A stretch of DNA of 63,598 nt, counting the filler, from Octopus bimaculoides (lineage: Eukaryota): the NCBI RefSeq assembly GCF_001194135.2. It is 5 parts of 4 records of this genome, joined end to end, with 100 filler letters (N's around TTAATTAATTAA, not from the genome) between each part and the next. Parts side by side here need not be neighbours in the genome. Positions count along the whole stretch, not along the records: positions 1 to 29,406 come from NC_069000.1; 4 more parts are not named here. One strand, 5' to 3'. The notes below the pieces were generated by a model, which saw nothing but the letters and a program-made list of their open reading frames with translations, had not been told where the DNA came from and did no database searches. Shown piece by piece: positions 14,228 to 24,630 of this stretch. Each line of letters begins with the position of its first letter. Positions within the stretch are counted from its first letter, which is position 1. A program made the position numbers and the translations under genes.

Positions 14228-15957
14228 CCTTTCTACTATAGGCACAAGGCCTGAGATATGGAGGGAGGGGACTAGTCGATTACATCAACCTCAGTGTTTC
14301 ACTGGTACTTAATTTATTGACCCCAAGAGGACGAAAGGCAAAGTTGGCCTCAGCGGAATTTGAACTCAGAACACAGCGACAGGTGAAATACCGCTAAGCA
14401 TTTTGTCCAGCATGCTAACGGTTCTGCCAGCTCGCCACCTTTATATCATGGCAGCACCCTCATGACTCTATCAAGGACTTCTGAGCTCAAAGCAAGTCAA
14501 CCTTAATAAAATTTGAACTGAAAAACATAGACAGATGAAATGTTGCTAAGCATTTTGCCCGGTGTGATTATGATTTTGCCAACTTGCTGCCTTATGAAAA
14601 TAATAATCCTTTCTACTATGGGCACAAGGCCTGAAATTTTGGGAATTAGTTGATTACATTGGTCCCAGTACATGACTGGTACTTATTCTAACAACTCCAA
14701 AAGGATGAAAGGCAAAGTCGACTATTGCAGAAGTTGAATGTGAAGATGGATAAGATGCTGCAACGCATTCTGTTTTGCCAAGCAGGCTAACGATTCTGCC
14801 AGCTTAATAATAATTATAATATAATAATACCAACAACTCACACAAATTAGGAATTATTTTTCTCAATGGTGATATATAACTGGTGATTCTGTGGATCATC
14901 TCAGATTTATAAATCTTTTTTTTTTTTTTTTAGGTTCATCTAATAAGCAACTGGATCCATTGGACAAGAAACTTCTTGGGTTCCTGAAGAAATCTTCATC
15001 AAAAAAGCACAGACACAAAAGTAAGCACACATCAAAGAAGTCAGAAAAGGTATGTGCAGTATTACACTTTATTTCATGTAACCCTTAATATTTCAGGTAA
15101 GCTTTGAAGTCATTTCAACCATTTCGTTGTCATATTTCTGTTGGAAAACATTTTGCTAGTTTTAATTAAGTTTTTTGCTTGTTTCAGTCATTAAACTGCG
15201 GCCATGCTGGGGCACCACTTTGGTGAATTTTTAGTTGAATGCATCAACCTTATTTTTCTTTTTTAAAGCTTGGTACTGATTCTGTTGGTTTCTTTTGCTG
15301 AACCACTAAGTTACGGGGGCATAAATACATCAGCACTGGTTGTCAAGCAGTGGTGGGGGGGACAAACACTGATACAAAGACAGGTAGACACACACAAATA
15401 TGTGTGTGTATGTATATAGCTCATCATATATATATATATGATGAGCTTCTTTCAGTTTCCATCTATCAAATCCACTCACAAGGTTTTGGTTGGCCTGAGG
15501 TTGTAGTAGAAGACACTTGCCCAAGGTGCCATGCAGTGAGACTGGACCTAGAACCATGTGGATGGAAGCAAGCTTCTTACTACAGCCATGCTTATGCCTA
15601 GGTTACTTTTAAAAAGGAAGTTTCTATCATAGAACCAAGGGTCGTCGTAGGTAGGTTGGTATCAAAAAGGTTAATACCTTGTGTAATATAAACATAGTAC
15701 AATATGTTTATATTGTTTGTTTAGTATGTAAGTTACTTTAGCATTTAGGTAATCTAATTTGAGAACCTATTAAAAAAAAAACTAAACTTCTTGTCCTTAA
15801 TGTGTTTTGTGACTTTGTCTCAAATTTGTTTATATTGCAGGATAAGCATCGACAAAGAAAAGATAAAAAACAGAAAAAGAAAAAGAAGAAAAGGAAAAAA
15901 CACTCATCATCAAGGACATATGATTCTTCCAGTTCTTCATCATCATCTGCAGACTGA
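722..15957 (+). CDS. GPATCH1: G-patch domain-containing protein 1, 3' ~694 codons: join(722-774,2066-2281,4119-4260,5221-5460,6569-6958,7101-7279,9004-9131,10194-10297,11475-11650,12671-12896,14934-15049,15841-15957); 5' part lies upstream of the window
   Basis: All introns are GT-AG with matching phases (0,0,1,1,1,0,2,1,0,1,0). The spliced product has GPATCH1 motifs in the right order: KLYGC, FAPKD, KDNLHGLGY, AFGVGAMEEDDEDIY, GWTAP, YVGKILEGF, YPPPQIPKGYRP, DPSKQERY, MTEWE, MKLYGKLTREIFDWHPDKLLCRRFNVPDP, DKYSIFDFL, RPPMDLFKAIF, then a K/S-rich tail. Confidence 0.95.
2066..2281 (+). CDS. GPATCH1: GPATCH1 exon (ISDDNSLQHVEFAPKD...GIKGI)
   Basis: The ttaag acceptor gives phase 0, whereas the nearby ttcag at 2072 is out of phase; atc|gtaagt donor. 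Confidence 0.9.
4119..4260 (+). CDS. GPATCH1: GPATCH1 exon (AFGVGAMEEDDEDIY...GWTAPGRNKP)
   Basis: cctag acceptor; donor g|gtaaaa at 4261, with an in-frame alternative g|gtagaa at 4246. Confidence 0.9.
5221..5460 (+). CDS. GPATCH1: GPATCH1 exon (PAPPMNYVGKILEGF...GETKTT)
   Basis: ttttcag acceptor, g|gtcagt donor, phase 1-1. Confidence 0.93.
5512..5734. mobile_element. piggyBac-like MITE (TTAA-ccctttagcatt ... aatgctaaaggg)
   Basis: TTAA followed by CCC terminus. Related copies at about 4398-4500, 23596-23810 and 35478-35724 (opposite orientation). Confidence 0.6.
6569..6958 (+). CDS. GPATCH1: GPATCH1 exon (SVFDLIS...DPSKQERYNKYLLLLKHGKV)
   Basis: tttcag acceptor, g|gtaagt donor; KHGKV-D aligns with human KQGQK-D. 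Confidence 0.92.
7101..7279 (+). CDS. GPATCH1: GPATCH1 exon (DPYSLVCDSTMTEWE...ELPEDVT)
   Basis: actag acceptor, act|gtaagt donor. Confidence 0.93.
7433..7900 (+). mobile_element. Longer family A copy with internal subrepeats and (GAT)n tail
   Basis: Shares its 3' 230 nt with 1-230 and 21640-21978. Confidence 0.85.
9004..9131 (+). CDS. GPATCH1: GPATCH1 exon (AKKKDLS...WHPDKLLCRRFNVPDPHP)
   Basis: ttgcag acceptor, gg|gtatgt donor; contains the most conserved GPATCH1 motif. Confidence 0.96.
10194..10297 (+). CDS. GPATCH1: GPATCH1 exon (SGIIGVPRSRHDKYSIFDFL...CQQ)
   Basis: tttag acceptor in phase 2, g|gtactg donor. Confidence 0.9.
11475..11650 (+). CDS. GPATCH1: GPATCH1 exon, low-complexity S/T/P linker (ADPLKSSDNAAK...TSTPQP)
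   Basis: atcag acceptor, cca|gtaagt donor, open frame with phases 1 and 0 that bridge the flanking exons. Too short for the ORF track. Confidence 0.85.
11940..12345 (-). mobile_element. R4/Dong-type non-LTR retrotransposon 3' fragment (restriction-like endonuclease region), decayed
   Basis: Minus-strand frames read ILWDFDFQTDK, EKIDEYGDLRIEIAKMWQL..IKVVPIVIGTLG and LQKSALLGTAHIL.KVL, with frameshifts and stops. Confidence 0.8.
12671..12896 (+). CDS. GPATCH1: GPATCH1 exon (TVEEGERPPMDLFKAIFADSSSDSEEE...PTLPP)
   Basis: tttcag acceptor, g|gtaaat donor; RP(S/P)MDLF(R/K)AIF motif. Confidence 0.94.
14934..15049 (+). CDS. GPATCH1: GPATCH1 exon (SSNKQLDPLDKK...KKSEK)
   Basis: poly-T then tag acceptor, aag|gtatgt donor. 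Confidence 0.88.
15841..15957 (+). CDS. GPATCH1: GPATCH1 last coding exon (DKHRQRKDKKQKKKKKKRKKHSSSRTYDSSSSSSSSAD*)
   Basis: ttgcag acceptor, basic then Ser-rich tail as in GPATCH1, TGA at 15955-15957. Confidence 0.88.
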   Translation, partial: DKHRQRKDKKQKKKKKKRKKHSSSRTYDSSSSSSSSAD

Positions 15958-18900
15958 GTTTTCTCAATCAATCCATTTCAACTGCTGTCATACCAATTTA
16001 TAACATTTACAACAAGGTTAGTTCTGAAATTAAATTGTTGTTACTTATTATGAACCTACAACTGAAGTTTTACATAATGAATTGAATTTTATACTTAAAA
16101 AGTATAAGATTTAGAAGTTCTGAGTTTAAACTCCACTGGTTTGGCTTCATCCTTTCACAAACAATAAAGTGATAGAGTTCATTTAATTTGTAAAGATTGT
16201 GTTCTTTCTGTCTAGTAAAGAGAAGATTGCACTTAATGTTATACATTTTCTTCAGAAAAAATACAATGTTTTTATTGATATTTTCTCATTTAAGTTTGTA
16301 AATATATTTACAGTCTTGTAAGAAATTATTTTATTAGGATTACCAGATACTATAGTCATGATATATTTCATGTTCTGTCTGTAAATAGGAATTGAAACAC
16401 TGATGGAAATTTTATTTTGAGACTGTTACTCTTATGAAGTCAACAATCCCAAATGTGTTTTTCTGTTAGTATTAATAACTACTTTTGGCATATCATCATC
16501 ATCATTTAATTTCCGTTTTCCTTGCTGGCATGGGTTAGATGGTTTGACTGGAACTGGTACGCCAGAGTGCTGCACCATTGCTCATCTGTTTTGGCCTAGT
16601 TTCTACAACTGGATGCCCTTCCTAATGCCAACCAGGCAGGCGTCTACTATGTGGCACAGGTACCTTTTATGTGGACTGCATATATGGTGAAGTATCTTAG
16701 CTGTGGAGTTGGAATGGATAAAAATGTATCAACTAAAAAAAAAAGAAAAAATGTAAATTCTAATAGCTTGAATTAAAATTTTCAATTTCACAGATACTAA
16801 TTTGACTGTTTTCTGCACTGAAAAGTGATCAAACCAGAGTTAAAAGTGTTTCTCGAAGAGAATTTGGTAACAGGAATTCTGTTTCTGAGAACAAAATGTT
16901 TATAAATTTTTGGATTTAGATTATTTTTTAGCTTCTTTTCTAATAGATATGTTTTTCTCAAATGTGTTGTAGAAATAAATGTTACAATTATTTACAATAT
17001 AATTTCTATTTCATTTATTAATGTAATCTTTCATGTTATATTCACTTAAATTTTATAATTTTTTTTTTTTTGTTTTTAAATGGTCATTTAAGTTGCTCAA
17101 AGGATTCAGTCTTTTAATTTTAGCTTCAAATGTAATTTAGATTTCTGAAATGGTAAACAAAAATGTTTGTAAATTTTGTTTTATAGTTACTCTTATCAGA
17201 CAGGTAGTCATGATGGGTATATTGGGATTCGTTTATTACTACCCCGGTGTCACTCTGATGGCATCTGGTGCTCTCTCACTCAATAATAATAATCTTTTCT
17301 GCTATGGGCACAAGGCCTGAAATATCTGGGGAGGTTCTTTCATCTTGTCCCCTAATAATAATAACAACACATCAGTATATTTATAATTAGGGTGCTAAAA
17401 TGTAGCCTGGTGATTCATACTGTCCATATATGTTGCATGCTTTCAGTTAACATTAAGAAATATATGATTAGTCAAAGTACATATGGAGGAGTTAGAGCCA
17501 GTGCTGCCATAAATTAATGAGTTGACGTCAAGGCTGAAAGGTTTTGTGAGATTCAGGGCTCTGATTTGAATTGCTAACCTTTTAACTGACGTTATTTATC
17601 TTGGCCAGTTGCAACAGAACTGATATCTTATTTCATCTGCTTCTTTTATCTATTTTAGATGCTGCTTTCCTTGTGATGTTCACCTGAATTGTTTTTTTTT
17701 TGTTTTGTTTTTAATGAAATCTCCTGCAACGAAACAGTTCTCTTGAAGCTAAGTGCTTATTTCATGACAAACCCATCTATCTGCAGCAGAAGTAACTGTT
17801 GGCAACTGCAATATGAGCAATTAGGAACAGAATTCATTGATTGGATGTTTTGCTTGTTAATATCCAAACAATAAATTGTAAATATCTCAATAAATGTTTG
17901 TTTGTTTTTATCATTGAGGTGGTGAATTCGTAAAATCATTATTGTTGATAAAAATGCCTTGCAGTATTTATTCTGGCTCTTTACATTCCAAGAAATAAAA
18001 CATCATAAATATTGGTACAATTCAATTAAGCCTACACCTGCCCCTGAAGCTGCATAGTTCAGCAGTTAGTGTCAAGCTCACAATTATGAGATAGTGAATT
18101 CGATTCCCAGACTAGACTGTGTTCTTGAGCAAGACACTTTATTTCATGTTGCTCCAGTTCACTCAGCTGTAGAAATGAGTTGCAACATCAATGGTGCCAA
18201 ACTGTATCAGCCTTTGCCTTTCCCTTGGATAACATCGGTGGCATGGAGAGAGGATTCTGGTATGCATGGGCAACTGCTGGTCTTCCATAAACAACTTTGC
18301 TTAGACGTGCCTTGGGGTGGGGAACACTCTAGGCGCAATCCCATGGTCATTCATGACCAAAGGGGGCCTTTACCCTTTTGCCCCCCAATAGAACCATTAT
18401 AATCATGCATAAGTAGGATACCAGATATTCTATCATAAAGTACCTGTTCACTTCTATTACTCCATCCTACACATACCAAGCTAAATACATATAGTTAAAA
18501 AGTTTGTAGTTTCAGGGTTGTTCCTACTGCATGGTACATATCTTCTGCTATAGTCCCAGGTAAACTATAGAATTGTGAGTGACTTTGGTGGACAGAAACT
18601 AAACGAAGTGTCATGTATATGTGAATGTATGTTTATATGTGTTGCCAATTCTAATACATCAGCAACTTGCTTTGTATCTTCAAAGGCATGTGAAATAAGA
18701 GATCCATTACTTGAAAAACAGGTAAGGGTTATTGGTAAGAATGGCATCTGGTTGTAAAACAATACCTCAATAATATATTCATCTAACCCATGCTGTCATG
18801 GAAAAAAATTCAAAACATGTAAAAGTGAATGAATGTGTGTGTGAGTTTTAACATTGATATTTTCTGTATGCTATGTAAAAGCAATGTCACTGGTCAATAT

Positions 18901-19346
18901 AGTAACATTTATCAATAATCTGCTATAAAAACATATTTACTGACCTGTTTCTTCCCAATTGTGAAATATGTTATTAGTTGTGATGGAAAACACAATGTGT
19001 GTGTGTGTGTGTCTCGCTATGTTTTAGTCTCATAGCTACCTGGTCAAGATCAGAAGTCAACGCTTTTCTGTCTAATGACACAAAGAAAAGGAAAAAACAT
19101 TTCTAAACAAAAATAATGCAGTCCACGAAGATTTTATTAATTATAATACATGTACAGGGTTAAAGTAAATTACTCTCTTCAATATAATGGAAAGTCCTTG
19201 CAGTGTAGAACTATGAGAAGATGAAAGAATACTGTTGAGGCTGCAAAGGGAAATGAATGACAATACAACATAAGAAAAACTGAGCAGGGAGAAAGAGAGG
19301 GAAAAAAAAATGGTATTTAGATTTGTTTCTAAAAAATATGGGCATT

Positions 19347-19352
19347 TTTATT
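19347..19352 (-). terminator. Candidate ENY2 poly(A) signal AATAAA (another at 19133-19138)
   Basis: tttatt on + lies about 90 and 300 nt downstream of the ENY2 stop. Confidence 0.45.
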
Positions 19353-19439
19353 GCTGTCACCAATTGGTTTTGTATCGTTTCTTTTGTCATCATTTTGCTG
19401 AAAACGACATCGTTCAGTATGCCATGGAATTTAGTATCA

Positions 19440-19522
19440 TTACCACATATTAGGGGTTTGTTGTGAAAGGAATGTTCGAATTCGTTGAAGGAGTTCTCGT
19501 TTAACATCATCAGGAACAAGAG
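19440..19522 (-). CDS. ENY2: ENY2 last exon ([27 protein letters not shown])
   Basis: Strong pyrimidine tract and ttcag acceptor on -; TAA ends at 19440. Confidence 0.95.
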
Positions 19523-22380
19523 CTGAAGTAAAAAAAGGAAAAAATATTTAACAGAGTATATTGTTATCATTTTATTGTTCATTTTTCTATACAGGGATGG
19601 CTCGGACAGACAGACAGACCATCATAATCTAAGTCAGCTCTTATTCAGAGTTACTTATTTCTTTATTGCCCACAAGGGGCTAAACATAGAGGAGACAAAC
19701 GGATTAAGTCGATTATAGCGACCCCAGTGCGTAAACTGGTACTTAATTTATCGACCCCGAAAGGATGAAAGGCAAAGTTGACCTCGGCAGAATTTGAACT
19801 CAGAACGGAACGGCAGACGAAATACCGCTAAGCATTTCGCCCGGCGTGCTAACGTTTCTGTCATCTCGCTGCTCTTATTCAGAGTAACTGACATCTTAGA
19901 GGAGTCAGAAGGTAATGTCTTGCACACAGGTTCCATTATTTTGATATGTTTTCTATAGCTGGATGCCCTTCCTAACACATGCTGCCACTTTATAGTGTAG
20001 TGGGTGATGGGATAGCGAGAGAGACAGAGATGGAGAGAGCTAATAACTATTAGAGATGGATGATGGTACATGTTAATAAAGAGTCACTCGGAGAGAGAGA
20101 GAGTATGATGACCAGTAGTGGAGAAGGGTCAGGGTACTGGTCAGTGTATGGACAGATTTGTTGTCATATTCCTCACTAAACAGGCATCAAGACAAGGGAT
20201 TGATGATAGAAGAGTGGTAAAGTGATAATGGCTTATGGTAGAGAGATTGAATATGGACAGATCAAATGAGGTGCAAGACAAGGCTGTGTGGTTAAGAAGT
20301 TTGCTAACCAACCACATGGTTCCAAGTTCAGTCCCATTACGTGGCACCTTGGGTAAGTGTCTTCTAGTATAGCACCAAGCAGACCAAATCCTTGTGAGTG
20401 GATCTGATAGACAGAAAATTGAAAGAAGCCTGTTGTGTGTCTCTCCTTTTCTTGACATTGTGTGATAGTTGCAAATGACTGTCATTGTCATTTATTTCCA
20501 ATATTTCACATGAACACAGTTGGCGGTGAAGAAATATTACCTTGCTTGGAAACAGGTGAGGATTGGTAACAGGAATGGCATCTGGCTGTAGAAAATTTGC
20601 CCCAAACTTTATCCAACCCATGCAAGTATGGAAAAATGGATGTTAAAATGATGATGTTACACAGAGTTTTACATTAATAGGAAAGACAATGAGTGCAAAG
20701 TGGACATCAACATCTGATGTCCACTTTCCATGCTGGCATGGGGTAGATGGTTTGACTGGAGCTGATGAGCCAAAGAGCTGCACCAGGTTCCAGTCTGATT
20801 TTGCATGGTTTCTACATCTGGATGCCCTTCCCAACACCAACCACTCCAGGAGTGTAATGGGGGCTTTTACGTGACAGCAGCAATGACCATGATTATGATT
20901 CACGGGTGGGTGCCATTTACATGGCACTGCCAACGACCAGGACTATGATGCACAATTGCAGTAGAAGAGACACAAACATACCTCGACCAGTTGGTGTTAT
21001 CTGTGTGACCAAATCATCCACCGTTACACATTCAAGTCCTTTTTTCTTCACTATGTCTGAAAAACAAGCACACAAACAAACAAAAAAATAAGGATATAAA
21101 TTGCAATATAACATTGATTTCTGACATTGTAATGTAGTCTCAAATATATGACAGAAGAGTTTTAGCAACTGAATCGGCATTAATGTATAGCTGATATTTT
21201 ATTTTATTGTTCTGATATTAGTTATAGTTGAAATATAACACAGAGGATCACAATGCATGGGCGACTGCTGGTCTTCCATAAACCACCTTGCTCAGACTTG
21301 TGCCTCAGAGGTGAACTTTCTAGGTGCAATCCCGTGGTCATTCATGACCAAAGGAAGTTTAACCCTTTACTATCATTATTATTATAATTATCATTAGTTA
21401 GCAGAAATGTTACAGTGCTAGACTAAAATGGTGAAGAACAGGAAAGAATGAAAAGTAATCATTTACACTGTAATACTAACCTTTGCAATGTGCTTTCAGT
21501 TGGTCCCTCCATCCACATTCAATTAATCGAGTTCTTAATAACTCCTTTAACCTGAAATTAAGAAAAAAGAGATACCAAAATTAAATTACTTTCAATGAAT
21601 GTATTTGATTAGGAAAAGTCAAGTGACTGACTATTAATCACACTTCATGAAATGTGCCCGCGGCATGAGTAAGGACTTTCGAGCGAGATCGTTGCCAGTG
21701 CCCCTGGACTGGCTCTTGTGCGGGTGGCACATAAAATACACCATTTCGAGCATGGCCGTTGCCAGTACCGCCTGACTGGCCTTCGTGCTGGTGGCACGTA
21801 AAAGCACCCACTACACTCTCTGAGTGGTTGGCATTAGGAAGGGCATCCAGCTGTAGAAACTCTGCCAAATCAGATTGGAGCCTGGTGTAGCCATCTGGTT
21901 TCACCAGTCCTCAGTCAAATCGTCCAATCCATGCTAGCATGAAAAGCGGACGTTAAACGACGATGATGATGATGATGATTTTTACATGACACCGGTGCAG
22001 GAATCTTCCCCTTCACCAGGGGAAGCATGGGTCTTCTTGAGTACAGCAAGGTGCTAGGTATCTCAGTCTTTTGTCATCTCACTTCAGCTGAGAGTCTAAT
22101 CTCGATAGTGTATGCAACTTACTAGAAACTCACCCATATTCCACACTCCATCTCACAGTGTTTCCAATATTGACTGCTCTAGTTCATTATTAAGCCAATT
22201 CTACTATTAAACTGGCTAATAATTAAAACATTTACATTAATGCTCCAGCATAGCCACTGCTAACTGAATGAAACCAGTAAAAGAATTTGCCATAATTACC
22301 TTTCTCTTTCACCGCTCTCCATCAGTTGCTGGTTTATTACAGCTCGAAGCTGAGCATCTTTCGCTTTCCTTTCAGGATTT
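19440..22380 (-). CDS. ENY2: Transcription and mRNA export factor ENY2 (Sus1): join on - of 22380-22300, 21551-21481, 21056-20982, 19522-19440; start exon not located
   Basis: Spliced product (x)[102 protein letters not shown], collinear with human ENY2. GT-AG introns with phases 2,1,1. Confidence 0.96.
20982..21056 (-). CDS. ENY2: ENY2 exon ([25 protein letters not shown])
   Basis: tttcag acceptor, g|gtatgt donor, 75 nt. Confidence 0.95.
21481..21551 (-). CDS. ENY2: ENY2 exon ([23 protein letters not shown])
   Basis: tttcag acceptor, g|gttagt donor, 71 nt. Confidence 0.96.
21640..21978 (+). mobile_element. Young family A copy in ENY2 intron
   Basis: CpGs retained, (GAT)n tail. Confidence 0.85.
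22300..22380 (-). CDS. ENY2: ENY2 exon 2, ancestral-like copy ([27 protein letters not shown])
   Basis: cttgtag acceptor, ag|gtaatt donor, 81 nt, phase 2-2; resembles human [21 protein letters not shown]. Confidence 0.93.
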
Positions 22381-24549
22381 CTACAAGATAAATTAGACAA
22401 TAAATAAATAAATAAAACAAAAACCTAACAAAACAAAGAAGACCCCACAAAACACAAAAAATATTTTAAGATTATGAAAATCATAATGAAGTAAAGCAAC
22501 TTAATTTAAAGTGGTGTAATTTCAAAGCAAAACATTTTCATCCATTTTAGTGACATATTCGGATGGTTGTGTGGTCAAGCTTATTTTGCAAGCTTGTGGC
22601 ACCTTGGACATGTGTCTTCTACTATAGACCTGAGTCAACCACTGCCTTGTGAGCGAACTTGTTAGATGGAAGCTGTGTAAAAGCCTGTCAAGGTTAGTGC
22701 TGGTGATATGTAAAAGGACACCTGTGCTGGTGACATGTAAAAGGCACTTGTTCTGCTGACACACAAAAGAAATCTGTACTGGTGATACGTAAAAGACATC
22801 CAACACATCCTGTAAAGTGGTTGGTACTAGGAAGGACATCCAGCCATAGAAACCATGCCAAATCAGAGTGGAACCTAGTTCAGCTCTCCGGCTTGCCAGC
22901 TCTGGTCAAAACAGCCCAACCCATGCCAGCATAGGAAACGGACGTTAATTCATGATAATGATGATGATGATGATATTCACCTTGTACCTTGACCATGCAT
23001 CTCTTTCTCTTTTCAGATGGGCAAGACATGTATGCACCACATCTGCAAGACACCTGCTCCTGTCCCCACATCTAGCTTTCTCATCCCTCAATATTGTACC
23101 CCACTTAGTTGAGCGAGTCTTGTCTTGCAAGTACTTGGTGACCTCACTAGTGCTGGTGCCATAAAAAAAAAAAACATCCTCTACACTCACTTTGTGAAGT
23201 GGTTGGTATTAGGAAGGGCATCCAGCTGTAGAAACCATGCCAAAGCAGACATTGGAGTTTGGCACAGCCCTCTGGCTTGTCTCAACATCATTGTTCAATG
23301 GGTTGGATGGTTTGACAGGAGCTGGCCAGGTAGAAGACTGCACTAAACTTCTGTATCTGTTTTGGTACAGATTTTACAGATAGATGCCCTTCCTAAAACC
23401 AACCACCCTGCAGAGTGGCTTATCTATTCATTTCAAACCATCCAAGACATAGCAGTATGGGAAAATGTTGTTATATAATAATGAAGATGAATGATGATTA
23501 TTATGTAATTAATAAAGTTGTCTGACATCTAATCAGTGGCATTCTTCAATGGAGGATTAATGTAATTGACTTCAAGGAAGTGCTTTTCCAAGCTTTAACC
23601 CTTTAGCATTTAAACTGGCCGTTTCTGGCCCAAATATTCTACTTGTTTTATGTTCAAACCAGCTAGAGCTGATCTATAACATTTACCCAACAATAACATT
23701 CTAAAAATAAGCAATCACATCATAAAAGTCTCAAAGCTGTGAGATAATGCTTGATTAATTCAAAACAATTGAATAAATAAGCATTACATTTAACAGAATA
23801 ATCTGAATACTAGTGTGTACAGCAAGAAAATGAAATAATTCTGAATTATATAGAACTACTGCCAGCCTAGTGTTGCAAACGTGAATGAATTTATAAAAAT
23901 GGTTTGAATGACCAGACCATCTAAAACTAGTTTCCTTTTATCTTTTACTTGATTCATTCATTGGACTGCAGCTATACTGAGGCTCTGCTTTGAAAGGTTT
24001 TAGTTGAACAAATTGACCCCAGTTCTTATTGGTTTAACCAGAGCTGGCAAGCCCAAGAGCTGCACCAGGTTCCAGTCTAGTTTGGCTTGGTTTCTATGGC
24101 CTTCCTAATGCCAACCACTTTACAGAGTGTGCTGAGTGCAGTTAACGTGGCACCACACGAGCACTATTACATGGCACTAGCATCAGTGCTTTTTACATGG
24201 CACTGGTGCAGGAGTCTTGCAGGCCAGTCTTCTTCACCAAGGGAAGCAGCCTTGACACATTTGCTGTGGAGTATGGGTCTTCTTGAGTACAGCAAGGTGC
24301 CAGGTATCTCAGTCCTTTGTCATCTCACTTCAGCTAAGAGTCTAATCTCGATAATGTATGCAACTTACTAGAAACTCACCCATATTCCACACTCCATCTC
24401 ACAGTGTTTCCAATATTGACTGCTCTAGTTCATTATTAAGCCAATTCTACTATTAAACTGGTTAATAATTAAAACGTTTGCATTAATGCTCCAGCATGGC
24501 TACCATTAAATGATTGACACTAGTAAAAGGATTTGCTATAATTACTCAC

Positions 24550-24630
24550 TTTTCTCTTTCACCACTGTCTTTCAGTTGCTGGTTCATTACAGCTCGAAGC
24601 TGAGCATCTTTGGTTTTCCTTTCAGGATTT
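24550..24630 (-). CDS. ENY2: Duplicated ENY2 exon 2, diverged copy ([27 protein letters not shown]); alternative exon or pseudoexon
   Basis: Same 81-nt length and phase 2-2, no stop, intact cttgtag acceptor, aa|gtgagt donor. Eight substitutions versus 22300-22380. Whether it is used is unknown. Confidence 0.6.

Noticed and set aside
19211-19582. 123-aa ORF on -
   Set aside because: Wrong frame over the real ENY2 last exon and its UTR.
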